This document shows positions 41,087 to 53,474 of a DNA stretch of 64,000 bases, piece by piece; the stretch's first letter is position 1, and every line of letters starts with the position of its first letter. Under the pieces are notes generated by a model that made no database searches, was not told the DNA's origin, and saw only the letters and a program-made list of their open reading frames with translations. The stretch is from Nitrosopumilus sp. (GTDB taxonomy: Archaea; Thermoproteota; Nitrososphaeria; Nitrososphaerales; Nitrosopumilaceae): positions 480,001 through 544,000 of the forward strand of contig OZ241857.1 of assembly GCA_965203315.1 (NCBI GenBank). Direction: 5' to 3'. The position numbers and the translations under genes are program-made.

Positions 41087-41848
41087 CTAGCCTAGACCCC
41101 ATCTACGCATGACCTTGTTCTCGACTCGCTTGAATACAATGCCGTCGATCGTCAAGCCGATTCCCATTATCACCAACATTATGGCAATGACTTGTGATAC
41201 ATCTACTAGTGATCGTGCAGCATATAGTAACTGGCCTAGACCCAAGAAAGCAAAGAGCATCTCTGCACCAATTACACCACGCCACGCAAATGCCCAACCT
41301 TGTTTAAATCCTGATATCATGTATGGAAACGCGGCTGGAATCAGAACTGATGTGATCAGCTGGCTACCTTTGGCACCCATATTTCTGGCTGCTTCGATAT
41401 AGTGAGGATCAATGTTTCTCACTCCTGTGTATGTGTTTATAGTAACTGCAAATATCGCTCCAATTGCTACCACGAATATTATTCCTAGATCGGTTAGTCC
41501 ATACCAGAGTATTGCTAGTGGTACCCATGCAATAGATGGTATCGATTGGAGACCAAGTACTAGCGAGCCGAGTGTCTGGTTTATTACCTCTTTACGAGCC
41601 ATCAGTATGCCTAGTGTGATTCCGCCTACGATTGCTATCGCTAGTCCTATCAACAGTCTGGCCATACTGGTCGCAACACCATACACTAGACTGCCATCCA
41701 TGATACCATGTGCCAGATCTTCAGCTACCTCGTACGGAGATGGAAAGACATTGCTAGGCCAGATATTTATCATGGCAATAGTCTGCCAGACTAGAACCAC
41801 ACCAATATAGAATGCAATCCTGTACAGCAAGTATCGTGCCATGATCAT
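41087..41848 (-). CDS. ABC transporter permease (nitrate/sulfonate type)
   Basis: EAARNMGA loop, IGAEM. Confidence 0.92.
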   Translation of the reverse strand: MIMARYLLYRIAFYIGVVLVWQTIAMINIWPSNVFPSPYEVAEDLAHGIMDGSLVYGVATSMARLLIGLAIAIVGGITLGILMARKEVINQTLGSLVLGLQSIPSIAWVPLAILWYGLTDLGIIFVVAIGAIFAVTINTYTGVRNIDPHYIEAARNMGAKGSQLITSVLIPAAFPYMISGFKQGWAFAWRGVIGAEMLFAFLGLGQLLYAARSLVDVSQVIAIMLVIMGIGLTIDGIVFKRVENKVMRRWGLG

Positions 41849-42600
41849 CGACCTGTCTCTGGTCTTAGCTCAGCACGAATCTCTTGTTGGATAGATTCAA
41901 ACGACCCGTCGCCTGCGGTTCTTGGCCATGGCAATGTGTTGATCATCTCACGTTTGATGCGCGATGGTCTACCGGTAAATACGGCAATCTTTGTAGCCAG
42001 AGTTGCAGCTTCTGCAACATTGTGTGTTACAAAGAGGATCGTCTTCTTTGTCTTCTTCCAGATCAACTGCATCTCCATCAGTAACAACTCCCTCGTCTGA
42101 TCGTCTAGTGCTGCAAACGGTTCATCCATCAATAATACGTCTGGATCCATGGCCAATGCTCTTGCGATTGCAACACGTTGCTTCATTCCGGTTGATAGTT
42201 GATATGTATCCGAGTCTGCAAACTTTGTCAACTGCATCATGTCTAGATATCTACGGGATATCTTTGCACGCTCTTGTTTCGGAATGTTTGCCATGCGCAA
42301 TCCAAACTCAACATTATCTTGGACTTTAAGCCAGGGGAATAGCGCCCCTTCTTGAAAGACCATGATCCTCTCTGGACTAGGTTCTACAACCGGGTGACCG
42401 TCAAAGAGTATCTCACCTTCATCAGGACTATCTAGTCCTGCTACAATTCGTAGAAATGTAGATTTACCACAACCTGACGGACCCACCAAACATACAAAGT
42501 CGCCTGCAGCAACCTTGATATCTATGCCACCTAGTGCTTTGAGATTATGACTGCCATGTGAAAAATATTTTGATATCCCTCTCGCCTCAAGTTTCGTCAT
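41845..42600 (-). CDS. ABC transporter ATP-binding protein
   Basis: GPSGCGKST, LSTGMKQR, LLMDEPF. Confidence 0.95.
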   Translation of the reverse strand: MTKLEARGISKYFSHGSHNLKALGGIDIKVAAGDFVCLVGPSGCGKSTFLRIVAGLDSPDEGEILFDGHPVVEPSPERIMVFQEGALFPWLKVQDNVEFGLRMANIPKQERAKISRRYLDMMQLTKFADSDTYQLSTGMKQRVAIARALAMDPDVLLMDEPFAALDDQTRELLLMEMQLIWKKTKKTILFVTHNVAEAATLATKIAVFTGRPSRIKREMINTLPWPRTAGDGSFESIQQEIRAELRPETGR

Positions 42601-43586
42601 ACTAGATCACCTGCCTCGTAAAAGATTTTATCAATGTTATATCCGTCTCTACCTAGATAACCTAACGCGTCTGCTTGTCTAGCAAATTCATGCACAGATT
42701 CTGATAGCGGATCTGACGTTACTATGATATTTGATAGGGCGATATCCACAATATGGTCGGACAGGGGCTGTCCTAGATATGATTTAAGGAATCTGTTGAA
42801 TGTGTCTCTGGTCTCTATGGGTTTCTCATTGATCCATGCAATTGCATCATTATGTGCAGATATAAAATTCGACACTGTTGATGGATTTGCACGAATATAC
42901 CTTATATCGCCTACAAGTAACACAGACGCAAACCTTTCATTGGCCCACAACTCTTCTTCATAGAATAACCGTTTACCTCCAAGTTCAATCTCTAGTATGG
43001 TTGCCCACGGCTCTGCAACCCACGCTCCATCTATATCTCCCTTTGCAAACAGAGTATAGATATCTGGATTTGGAATATTGTATATTATAACTGAGCCGCC
43101 TCTCTCTGCTGGGAACAAGCCATATGACTTTAGTGCATTACGTAGTGATACATCTTGTGTATTTCCTATCTGAGGAGCAGCTATTCGTTTTCCATCAAAG
43201 TCAGATATATCTAGTATGGCCGAGTCGGACTGCACTACAAAACTGGCTCCTCCACTAGCCGATCCTGATAGAATTCTGATGTTTTCATTAGAGTTTAGGA
43301 ATCCATTGATTGCAGGTCCTGGCCCAACATATGCTAGATCAATAGATCCTGCAAAGAGAGACTCTATGGTCTGTGGCCCACTATCGAATATTCGAGCTTC
43401 TAGAGTTACATTGCCCATCTTTTTTTCAAAAAGTCCTTGCTCAACACCAACTATTGGTGCTATATGACCAATGTTTGGAAAGTATGCTACTCGAAGCGTC
43501 TCGTTTTTTGTATCCTCTTGACTCAGAGATACTATCACACCTATGGTTATACATATGCCTGTCAATATGCCTAATATGATCTTCAT
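42597..43586 (-). CDS. ABC transporter substrate-binding protein (SsuA-like)
   Basis: LRVAYFPN, DLAYVGPGP, PQIGNTQD, EPW. Confidence 0.9.
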   Translation of the reverse strand: MKIILGILTGICITIGVIVSLSQEDTKNETLRVAYFPNIGHIAPIVGVEQGLFEKKMGNVTLEARIFDSGPQTIESLFAGSIDLAYVGPGPAINGFLNSNENIRILSGSASGGASFVVQSDSAILDISDFDGKRIAAPQIGNTQDVSLRNALKSYGLFPAERGGSVIIYNIPNPDIYTLFAKGDIDGAWVAEPWATILEIELGGKRLFYEEELWANERFASVLLVGDIRYIRANPSTVSNFISAHNDAIAWINEKPIETRDTFNRFLKSYLGQPLSDHIVDIALSNIIVTSDPLSESVHEFARQADALGYLGRDGYNIDKIFYEAGDLV

Positions 43587-44090
43587 AAAACAGCGTTATG
43601 TCTGGAGGTTAAAAAATCATCTAGTTTTTAGCTCAAGCTATAACAGATATCAAATCATATTTGACGCAAATCATCTATCGATGATCTATATTCATGATAA
43701 CATACAAGATAGGCAAAGTCAAATCGATGACTCTATCTATGTTGGAACAAAACACAACAACAAAAGAAGGCGATTGATTATAATATTTACAAGTCTATAG
43801 AACCAGACATGACAAACAAACTCTTGTTTTGATCATTTGGATCAAGTAGAGATTGTGGGAACGTGAACGGTCTATGCCATGTGCAGAAAAAGTTTACATT
43901 CACATCTATCGATTAAGACGTTTCTTGACTAGTTCACTACCTATATACACGATCAAATAGTAAAAAATATTCGATGTTATAAGAAATTATGAAATAGTAA
44001 AGTTATTTCTGAACATGGCTGTAGAACTATATTATAAGACAAAGTATGACTCATTGTTTTACTTGTTGCGTCCATGTTGAGCAGCTGTAC

Positions 44091-44171
44091 AGATCCCAAA
44101 TGTGAGATCATTTTATAATTTGGAATGTCTTTGCCACTAGTCGTCATCAAAATGACTTTTGCACGAACTCC
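44091..44171 (+). mobile_element. Degenerate end of an IS5-type element
   Basis: Similar to 57184-57271 (gagatca..tataatttggaatgtctttg..gaactcc). Confidence 0.6.
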
Positions 44172-44575
44172 ATATTTTGATAACCAAAATGTCTTCATAC
44201 TTTTAAGATGCAGAGACACAATAAGGAATAATCTTACTGAAATAAGAAAAAATAGAAAAACACTATCCAGATTATTTTTTTTCGTAAATATAATCATGTA
44301 TATTAAAACTAGTATGTGAAATAATTGGAACCTTTATCAAATCATAAATGTGTACTAGCAGAGATCTGTCTTCGATGTGATTTTGATTGTAAAGAATTTA
44401 TCAATGATATTGGTATAAAACAGGCAAATGTAAGAAGAGCTAGCATGTTGACAGACATTCTGGCATTGGTAAATAACAACAATAGTGAGCCAAAGAGAAT
44501 AGTATCGCCTGACCTGATAGATACAGTGTTTGCAATAAGTGATTTCACAGTCAAATTTTTTTAACAACACAATTT

Positions 44576-44992
44576 ATGAACTTGTATGTTTCTGCTAGCA
44601 ATATGAACAAAAAGTATAGGGATCTTTCTCAGGCATGCAAAGATCGAAAGTTAGGACACGTGCAAGTCAAAAGTACAGCTGTAAAGATGGTCCTTGTGAA
44701 TGGATATACGAGGGAACAAGTTGCAAAAGTTTTTGAAGTTACTGAACGTACAGTGTACTTTTGGATCGCACAGTACAAAAAAGACGGAATTGCAGGCCTA
44801 AAAGACCAACCTCGTTCTGGAAGACCACCAAAAGTATCAGATGAGATACTTGAAAAGTTGATTGATGAACAAAAGCCTACATTTCCATTAGAGATGAAAA
44901 GTATAGTCAAAGAAAAGACAGGTGTAGAGTATCATGGAGATAGTTTACGGTACAGGATGAGAAAGCTTGATCGGTCTTCCAAAGTTGCTTAA
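44576..44992 (+). pseudogene. Truncated IS630 transposase (HTH region)
   Basis: DQPRSGRPPKVSDEILEK matches the other IS630 copies; DDE domain missing. Confidence 0.85.
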
Positions 44993-45658
44993 CACCTTGT
45001 GTTCGCCGAGCGGATCTATTTGGTTTACGTGGGATGAACGATTGCAGAAAAACACACCAGATTCTATAGATGAAAATTATCGAAAAACAATCCCAAACAA
45101 ATCGAAGAGATCCATTTGGCTAATGCTAGTTTGATCTACCTTGCTATCGGTGTGTTGAGGTCACGATCTTTGTATATATTTTATGTTGTTTTAAAAACTA
45201 CCCGTCTCTGATCGACTTTTTTTTGTACAACACATCCAGTTGATACTCTTTTCTGGATCATACAATCGCCTTAATTTTTATATCCGTATTGTCTAATACT
45301 GTTGTGGCTAAGAGTAAACATGTCTGTCCATACTGCGAATCAATCTTTGATAATATGGACGATATGTCCGTCCATATTGATCGCATACATGGCGACTCTG
45401 GATTCTTGGAAGGTAGCACTAAAAAGTTTCCATAGAACTACAAGTGTTACTATACAAACGTCAACTTGTTTTAGAATTTTTATTTTTATTAACCGATTTG
45501 AGACCAATCTACTCTGATTGTTCAAATACGTGAAAACCTATACAACTGGATTTATGTGTCGATTGACTAGATAACGTGCTACAAAAAGATCCATGACTGT
45601 CTGTACAGATAAACATCCAAGACAAAGACTAAATTACACTGCATTATGATCTGCTCTG

Positions 45659-47335
45659 ATGATATCTAGTAGAAATGTCGTGTCTGGTACATCTAGAGCC
45701 CCACAACGTGCAATGTACAAGGCCATGGGTTTAGATGATGATGATCTAGCAAAGTCGTTTGTAGGAGTCTGTCATACTGGAAATGAGGCCACTCCATGTA
45801 ATATACACTTGCCAACTTTGGCATTAAAGGCAAAAGAGGGAGTAAGAGATGGGGGAGCCACTCCTAGAGAGTTTTCAACTATTGCTGTGAGTGATGGCAT
45901 CGCAATGGGTCATGAAGGCATGAAATCGTCGCTGATATCGCGTGAAGTCATAGCTGACTCGATCGAACTGATGGTTCGAGCACATCAATATGATGCCCTA
46001 GTTGGAATAGCCGGATGCGATAAGAGTCTTCCTGGAACAATGATGGCGATGGCACGCTTGAACGTTCCTTCGATATTCGTGTATGGTGGCACAATAATGC
46101 CAGGAATGTTAGATGGACGTGAATTGACAATAGTCGATGTATATGAAGCAGTAGGATCGTATGACGCAGGCAAGATATCACTAAACGAGCTCAAAAATAT
46201 AGAAGACACTGCATGTCCTAACGCTGGATCTTGTGGTGGAATGTTTACTGCAAACACGATGGCATCAATATCTGAAGCGATTGGACTTGCCCTTCCAGGT
46301 AGTGCGAGTCCTCCTGCTGAAGATATGCGCAGACAAGAGATCGTACACGATACAGGCGTTGCAGTCGTACGTTTATTGAAGAGTGGAATACGTCCAAGTG
46401 ACATTCTAACATTTGAGGCATTTGAGAATGCAATCACAATACTAAACTCTGTGGGCGGTTCCACAAATGGCATACTTCATCTACTTGCCCTAGCAAACGA
46501 GTCAGACATTACTCTGACATACGACGACTTTGAGAGGATCAGAAGAAAGACTCCTCATCTCGCAGATATGAAACCTGGTGGTAGCTATGTGATGAACTCG
46601 TTGGACAAGATTGGTGGAATTCCATTCATCATAAAACGACTGCTTGAGAGGGGACTAATTCACGCTGACTGTCTTACCGTCACAGGAAAGACCATCAAGC
46701 AGAATATAGATTCCATGACAATCCCTGAACCTGAACAAAAGATTGTACGACCTATCTCAGATCCTATACACAGTACTGGAACAGCTGTGATTCTTAAGGG
46801 AAGTCTCGCACCCGAAGGAGCAGTAATAAAGACGGCTGGAGTTGACATTAGCAGATTTGTTGGCAAGGCGCGTGTATTTGATCGAGAAGAAGAGGCATTT
46901 GCAGCAGTGTCTCAAGGTGAGATAGATGAAGGTACTGTTTTGATTATACGATACGAGGGACCAAAAGGCGGTCCAGGAATGCGCGAAATGCTTGCGACTA
47001 CAGCAGCTCTAGTAGGACAAGGACTAGGAAGAAAGGTAGCAATGGTGACGGATGGTAGATTCTCTGGTGGTACACGTGGATTTATGGTTGGACATGTAGC
47101 TCCAGAGGCATTTGTTGGTGGACCAATTGCACTTGTACAAGACGACGACGAAATTGTGATAGACATCGAAACAAACAGTATAGATATCAACATATCTGAG
47201 AGCGAGTTACAGACAAGACGCTCTATGTGGCAACAACCAAAACCAAACTATTCTGGTGGAGCACTAGCCAAGTTTGCAAAACTAGTTGGCTCTGCTGCAC
47301 ACGGTGCCATAACCAATACAAAATCATCTGACTAG
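45659..47335 (+). CDS. ilvD: Dihydroxy-acid dehydratase
   Basis: [43 protein letters not shown]. Confidence 0.97.
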   Translation: MISSRNVVSGTSRAPQRAMYKAMGLDDDDLAKSFVGVCHTGNEATPCNIHLPTLALKAKEGVRDGGATPREFSTIAVSDGIAMGHEGMKSSLISREVIADSIELMVRAHQYDALVGIAGCDKSLPGTMMAMARLNVPSIFVYGGTIMPGMLDGRELTIVDVYEAVGSYDAGKISLNELKNIEDTACPNAGSCGGMFTANTMASISEAIGLALPGSASPPAEDMRRQEIVHDTGVAVVRLLKSGIRPSDILTFEAFENAITILNSVGGSTNGILHLLALANESDITLTYDDFERIRRKTPHLADMKPGGSYVMNSLDKIGGIPFIIKRLLERGLIHADCLTVTGKTIKQNIDSMTIPEPEQKIVRPISDPIHSTGTAVILKGSLAPEGAVIKTAGVDISRFVGKARVFDREEEAFAAVSQGEIDEGTVLIIRYEGPKGGPGMREMLATTAALVGQGLGRKVAMVTDGRFSGGTRGFMVGHVAPEAFVGGPIALVQDDDEIVIDIETNSIDINISESELQTRRSMWQQPKPNYSGGALAKFAKLVGSAAHGAITNTKSSD

Positions 47336-47562
47336 TAATTCTGTCATATGTGTTTTGAAATCATAATGTGGTGTTATCATATGCTGCAATAGTATTTCGA
47401 GTTAGACAAGATGATCATAATTATCAAAATTTCACAACTAGTATACGAGTATCGTTTTTTAATTAACTAGGACTAGCCTAATTCTAGAATACAAGATATT
47501 CTTGAATTATGTGTGTTATCTTGCCATCCAGAATCAGAGTTACCGCAAACACACTCAACTAT

Positions 47563-47703
47563 AGACTATATGCGTATTTCTTACATCATACCCCAAGTTT
47601 TAAGGTACAATAAAACACAGGTGTAATTTCTAGAGGCAAATTGATTCATTGTTGTCATGTTTGATGATTGGTGTGGGCATTCTTAATAATACGCATACAG
47701 TCT
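47563..47703. mobile_element. MITE (family 1)
   Basis: TIR and interior match 12483-12625. Confidence 0.85.
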
Positions 47704-47771
47704 TATGTCGTGTCCATAATTATAACATATCTCAACTGTCTTGATATGTTTATCGATAAATTCTTATTTTA

Positions 47772-48062
47772 TTAGAAACTATGATTCATATATTCTATAA
47801 ATTGTTGACAATACGACTCGTAAGCGTGGAATAATGAATAAGACATCTTTTCATATGTATGATGTCCAATAGTTTGTTGATTCGTGTGATGGATTCCAAT
47901 CACATGACAATACCGTACTATTTTACGACTGCTTTTTTGAGGAACACTCTCTAGTTCTTCATAGGTTACGTCTAGTATTGTGCTGTCAATGGTACAGTAT
48001 AGAGGTGCCTTGTAGAATGACAACTCGCAGTCTTGCATTACATCTAGCCAGAGTGTAGCCAT
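47772..48062 (-). CDS. Hypothetical protein
   Basis: 96-aa ORF, no motif. Confidence 0.4.
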   Translation of the reverse strand: MATLWLDVMQDCELSFYKAPLYCTIDSTILDVTYEELESVPQKSSRKIVRYCHVIGIHHTNQQTIGHHTYEKMSYSLFHAYESYCQQFIEYMNHSF

Positions 48063-48307
48063 CTAGTCAAACAACGATAGAAACTATGACATGGTGATCT
48101 CTCGTTCTGACACAACCACTACCAATGTAGATACAAACTCTGGATTTAGAGGTACTAGTTGAAACGAATTGATGTGTACAGACTTTGCCACACTTGTGAA
48201 AACTGTATAAAAGTAGAAATTAATAGATCGAGTTTTTGAGTAGTAAGTATAGATGCTTTTTGTAATACATAATTTTTATATCTAGATCGATAGTAAGATG
48301 ATATACA

Positions 48308-49156
48308 TTGGCAGTCGTATACAAACAAAAGAGCAGATACAAAAAGTCCTCGAGCACGCTTTTGCTTGGAGACTGTCTAGAAAAACTCAATCAAGTTAAA
48401 TCAAACTCTGTTGATCTAATCTTTACTTCTCCACCATACGCAGATCGTAGATCATCAACTTATGGAGGGATCAAACCAGATGCTTATGTGGATTGGTTTA
48501 TACCAATTACCGACGAATTGTATCGAGTACTCAAACCTAGCGGTACATTTGTACTCAACATTAAAGAATGTGCCATAGCTGGCGAGCGTCATACATACGT
48601 CCTCGAGTTGATAATTGAGATGCGTAAACGTGGATGGCTTTGGACAGAAGAATTCATCTGGCACAAAAAGAACTCATATCCAGGCAAATGGCCTAACCGT
48701 TTCAGAGATTCTTGGGAACGGTTACTGCAATTTAATAAACAACGGAAATTCAAGATGAATCAAGATGCCGTACGTGTTCCAGTTGGTGATTGGTACGACA
48801 ACCGGATGCGAAATCTGAGTGATACTGATCGCATACGCGACGTATCCAAGGTAGGTAGTGGATTTGGAAAAAAGGTAGAGAATTGGGTGGGTAGAGATAA
48901 AGTACATCCTACAAATGTATTACACGGTGCAACTGAACGCAACAACAAAAGTCATAGTGCCACATTTCCTTATTGGTTGCCCGAATGGTTTATCGACCTA
49001 TTTACTGATCCTGGCGACACAGTACTTGATCCATTTATTGGCTCTGGAACAACCGCATTTGCGTCACTAGACAAAGGTCGCAATATCATTGGAATTGAAA
49101 TGTACAAACCATATTATACAATATTAAGACAGAAACTCAAAAATGGAAGATCATAA
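48308..49156 (+). CDS. Beta-class N4-C/N6-A DNA methyltransferase
   Basis: TSPPY, HSATFP, VLDPFIGSGTT. Confidence 0.93.
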   Translation: MAVVYKQKSRYKKSSSTLLLGDCLEKLNQVKSNSVDLIFTSPPYADRRSSTYGGIKPDAYVDWFIPITDELYRVLKPSGTFVLNIKECAIAGERHTYVLELIIEMRKRGWLWTEEFIWHKKNSYPGKWPNRFRDSWERLLQFNKQRKFKMNQDAVRVPVGDWYDNRMRNLSDTDRIRDVSKVGSGFGKKVENWVGRDKVHPTNVLHGATERNNKSHSATFPYWLPEWFIDLFTDPGDTVLDPFIGSGTTAFASLDKGRNIIGIEMYKPYYTILRQKLKNGRS

Positions 49157-49748
49157 TGTACTATATTAGTGACGAACAAATTACTTTATACGTACAAGCA
49201 AATATCAAAAGTTTTCATGATAAACGATCGAAATAGCTTATAAGTCACGGTTGGAAGAATTATTGCTTCGTAAGAATCCATACTTGTTTAAGAGTAAGGG
49301 TATCGACACGGGCATTGATCTAGTTAAATCGCTACTAGACGCTCACCTCAGCTCACAAGAAGAGACCTTGTTTGGAGCATTTCTTGAAGGTTTAGCAATA
49401 CATGCAGCTAAAATTGTACATGATGGTTGGAAATCTAGTGCAATAGGAATAGATTTAGAGTTCAATAAATCGGATACGCGATACATAATATCTATAAAAT
49501 CGAGCCCAGATTGGGGCAACAGTTCTCAAGTTAGCAAGATGTGTGACAATTTCAAAATTGCATCTCGTATAATTCGACAAGGAGATGCCAAAGTTACTAT
49601 AAAAGCAGTGAATGGTTGCTGTTATGGACGCGACAAAAAACCCGACAAGGGCGATTATTTCAAGTATTGTGGTCAACAGTTCTGGGAGCTTGTCTCAAAC
49701 GATTCAGAGTTTTATACTCGAATTATAAAACCACTAGGACATGATGTC

Positions 49749-51014
49749 CAGTTTACCCAATTGTGTATTCAACACGCCACCACAGGTTTTGGCGGTGGCT
49801 CTGGTTCGATATCTGGGTCAATAAACGATTTGATGTATTCGTATGTCATTTCTAGAAAAACAAGTGCGGTAATTTGATTGCAATAATCAAAGAGATCGTC
49901 TTCACATTGTATGTTTCGTGCCAGAATCCATGCGTTGTAAAACAATACACTGAAAATAAACATCAATTCTCGTACTCTGTGATCATAGCTAGAAGTCTTT
50001 AATCTCATATCGTTAATGTCACGATATCCAGTTTCAATGACCCATCTCTTTCTATATTTTTCAACATCTATTCTAGGATTGTTTGTTGCAAATACAAGAT
50101 ACTCTTTTTTGAATTTCTTTTTGATCTCTATTATGATCACATAATAACTAGAACGCAATCCATCCTTATTAGAAATATGATGCTGTGATACTCTACTACG
50201 CTTTCCTTGTTTAAATTCTTTGATCATTTTTTTGATTGGATTGGTATGTACACAGGGCATCAGAAATGTTCGATTCATCTGTCTAAAGAGTTCAAATATC
50301 TCTGCCGTATAGAACTCCCGATCAAGCAAAAACACGCCTAGGATTAGTCTCTGCTGGTGGCAGGTTTTGATGATTTTACGTATAAGATCTGGGTTTCCAG
50401 CACCTTTTTTTACTTGTAATTTAGCTACGGTTAACGTTGCTCCAACGTTTACAATCTGTGCAGTCATGTACTCTTCGCATAGTTTTACACTCTTCTTGAA
50501 CATGGTCTTTACAGTGTATTTGGTTTGTTCTTTGTCGTATCTCTGATAGCAGTGCATGTCTATTGCAATGTCTACTACTTTTGGTAATTTACCAGCTCGT
50601 CTTAACGCATTGAGATGTTGCCTAACTATTCTGTTAAACATACGATCAACATCATACTCTACAATCTCTTTGAATAATTTTCTAAACCACTCATCACAAG
50701 GTACTCTTATTTTGGTATATTTTTGAACGGATCTTTTAGCGCGAGTAACATCTGCAATACCAGATTTGCTCATTGCAGCTGAAAACAAAATAGACAGAAC
50801 AGAGATTTTACCATACAGCGCATTATAATTTTCTGATACTGGAATTATCAAACATAATAACCATTTTATGTAATCGTAATTCTCAATACTCTTTTTCAAT
50901 TTGTTAGGATTTTCCTTAACTCTTTTACCCATTAATTTCTCATTTTTGAGCCCCTTTATAGATCTTTCTATTTTACATAATTTGCGTATTTTAGGCACAC
51001 AATTGGGTAAACTG
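49749..51014 (-). mobile_element. ISH3/IS4-like element
   Basis: TIR cagtttacccaattgtgt; 5-bp TSD atgtc. Confidence 0.92.
49769..50932 (-). CDS. ISH3/IS4-like transposase
   Basis: IAIDMH, LLDREFY, YRKRWVIETGYR; start moved inside the TIR. Confidence 0.9.
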   Translation of the reverse strand: MGKRVKENPNKLKKSIENYDYIKWLLCLIIPVSENYNALYGKISVLSILFSAAMSKSGIADVTRAKRSVQKYTKIRVPCDEWFRKLFKEIVEYDVDRMFNRIVRQHLNALRRAGKLPKVVDIAIDMHCYQRYDKEQTKYTVKTMFKKSVKLCEEYMTAQIVNVGATLTVAKLQVKKGAGNPDLIRKIIKTCHQQRLILGVFLLDREFYTAEIFELFRQMNRTFLMPCVHTNPIKKMIKEFKQGKRSRVSQHHISNKDGLRSSYYVIIIEIKKKFKKEYLVFATNNPRIDVEKYRKRWVIETGYRDINDMRLKTSSYDHRVRELMFIFSVLFYNAWILARNIQCEDDLFDYCNQITALVFLEMTYEYIKSFIDPDIEPEPPPKPVVAC

Positions 51015-51501
51015 ATGTCAAGATACATAATGAGGAATTTGTCAAAAAATACAATAAAACAATTGAAAAATTTTCAATAGAATTTACCAAAAAAATCTGC
51101 GATGACCACGGTACAATAAATTGGAATAAATTGGTTACTTTTAGCTCATCTGAAGATTTGGATTTCTAGATAATATTCTAGTCGTAACGTTTGTACGTTG
51201 ATCTGTCAAGTGATCTCACACTCTTGAAAAGAATCACCCGTCTCTAGCTTTGGGCGTTTTATCACCTGTCAAGTTCTTGATTGCTTTCTCCCCCGTACCA
51301 TGTATCGTACATTTTGCATCATCTATGTCGATTCTATGCATGATGCGTCTATGTGAAACCCATATGAACTAGTGTGTGCCATCACTTTCATCGTGTATCT
51401 GTCTGCATGATCATACTAGTCATTTGGCAGAAAGCTAACGACTTGTTGTATTGATCGCTAGAGTCCTATATTTTAAATATCAGTACCAAAAAATCATAGT
51501 A

Positions 51502-51927
51502 ATGAATGATATCAAAAAAATTCTAGTTCCACTCGATGGTTCAAAAAACTCCAAAAGGGGCTTAGAGGTTGCAATAACACTAGCAAAACAGTGTGATGCT
51601 GCACTTACTGGAATGTATTCGATTTCTGCACCATCTCCTAGTGGTTTTGAAGGAGTTGGTTCGAGAGACAAACGGATGGATGACGAGATCGAGAAGATTC
51701 TGAATGAGGCCGTTAGTACAGCTGCAAATGGTGGAGTCAAACTAGAGATCATAAAGATGCATGGGGATATTGGTTATAACATCATAAAGCTGGCTCATGA
51801 ACAGGACAAATTTGACATGATTGTGATCGGATCTAGAGGTCAGAGTGCAACAAAATCTCTATTCTTTGGAAGCGTATCCAACTATGTCATACACTCATCA
51901 AAGATACCTGTAGTGATAGTAAAATAA
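51502..51927 (+). CDS. Universal stress protein
   Basis: KILVPLDGS, IVIGSRG, GSVS. Confidence 0.95.
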   Translation: MNDIKKILVPLDGSKNSKRGLEVAITLAKQCDAALTGMYSISAPSPSGFEGVGSRDKRMDDEIEKILNEAVSTAANGGVKLEIIKMHGDIGYNIIKLAHEQDKFDMIVIGSRGQSATKSLFFGSVSNYVIHSSKIPVVIVK

Positions 51928-52422
51928 CTGCTGATTTGACGTGCGTATCTCTTTGATTTACATGAGATGGAGTTTTTACATATAAATTGCTACAAGACTT
52001 TGGAAAAAGTCTTGTAAAATTACATTCCATGTAAATCGAAGAGATCTTTACGTTGCATCATTATGAAAAACAATATAATAAAATACTGGACAATCAATAT
52101 CACATATCTAATCTACAGGCTTGTCCATAACAGACATAAACACCCCAATACGACAATATGAAAAAAGATGGATAACAAGACAATGATGCGATATCACTAG
52201 TTTTGTTATTGGAAAATTGTTTTAGAATTAAAAAAATCCAAATTGGAAAGCTAATAACAAACACAATAAACCGAAGATCATAAAAAACAGCAATTGTACC
52301 TGAAAAAGAAGCAAAAATATTGAAAAAAATTCCATTTAATAAAATTAGACTAAGGCAAACACCTTTTAGTTTACGTAAATAAAAAGAGAGTCGGTCAGTA
52401 GAGAGCATGTCGATACATCCTA

Positions 52423-52941
52423 CTATCTATGCCAGTATGCAAGCCAAGAATAAACTAGTGCTTTGGGATCGAGTTCTGGACGTTGTGAATTATGATGGTT
52501 GCTACCCATACTTGTAAATTTGAAAGATTGATTTTGCATATGGCCATTATTGTAACCATGGCGTGTTACATTTTTAACATAATCAACATCGTGCGAATGT
52601 ACAACATGCAGCACAATTCTTCGGTATTCGTTAGAGACTGGTGATGATTTTATTGTTGATGACAAAGTATAACCGACACTAACGACTATGAAATGCACAA
52701 TATAATGATCACTGAATCCTCCACAACATACAGCATCTAACTCGTCATGGTGTATGGTAACAATACTGCTCATACTAAAAACAGTCACAATTGGTGTTTG
52801 AGAGTAATCCGAGGGCGCCAGAGCCATATCATCTGTAGAATCAATTGTGGAGTTGGCAGATGGTGTCTTGAATCTTTCATGCCTCAACTCTTGTAGTGTG
52901 CGGTCTGATTCTTTTGTTTGTCTGCTAATCAGTTCGATCAT
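52423..52941 (-). CDS. Hypothetical protein, possibly degenerate
   Basis: 172-aa ORF without recognisable motif. Confidence 0.35.
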   Translation of the reverse strand: MIELISRQTKESDRTLQELRHERFKTPSANSTIDSTDDMALAPSDYSQTPIVTVFSMSSIVTIHHDELDAVCCGGFSDHYIVHFIVVSVGYTLSSTIKSSPVSNEYRRIVLHVVHSHDVDYVKNVTRHGYNNGHMQNQSFKFTSMGSNHHNSQRPELDPKALVYSWLAYWHR

Positions 52942-53474
52942 CTTTTATGCCTCTTTAGTTTAATATATAATTGTGATTGGTTAGATACACTTGTACTGAT
53001 ACTGTCCCTAGTACTGAGAGTATGACACTCATGTCCAGTATGGTAATTCGTATCTTATTCACGTTCTAGTTGTTGTTTGTTTGTTATATGTCAGAGGCGT
53101 ATCTATTGTACGTAATAATCGCCTATTTTTTTATATGCGCTCTAGACGAGCCGAGTCTATCAATTGATCTTGACATGTCTACCAATCATCAATAAATTTT
53201 GTAATCGCGTGCACTTGTGCTGATCTTGACATGTGTTGTCAAACCAAACATGACAACGAAAACAAATTTTGACATGAATAGCATGATCAAATCTTTATGA
53301 AGCAAAAAAGTTTCAAATCCTTTTTTAGCTTGTGATGATGTTTTAGTTAATCAATATGGCTGCTGATGGCATTGATGCATGGTTTGTATCAGAACTTGTT
53401 TTTGGTAGCACAGTAATCTAAAATCATGAATTCATCAAGCATGTTGAGATCTTGATGTGGTGACAACATTATCT

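Larger units (their letters stand above)
49156..51169 (+). pseudogene. Type II restriction endonuclease (PmeII-like), frameshifted and IS-interrupted
   Basis: KNPYLF..SSQEETLFG..GIDLEF..ISIKS; frameshift near 49230; C-terminus resumes after the IS (..GTINWNKLVTF..*). Confidence 0.8.

Noticed and set aside
43800-45600. Short ORFs between the ABC operon and ilvD
   Set aside because: AT-rich IS debris (IS5 end, IS630 fragment) with no coherent genes
51178-51188. 11-nt match (ctagtcgtaac) to guide gttacgactagt
   Set aside because: With 18 guides and 128 kb of two-strand sequence one such match is plausible by chance
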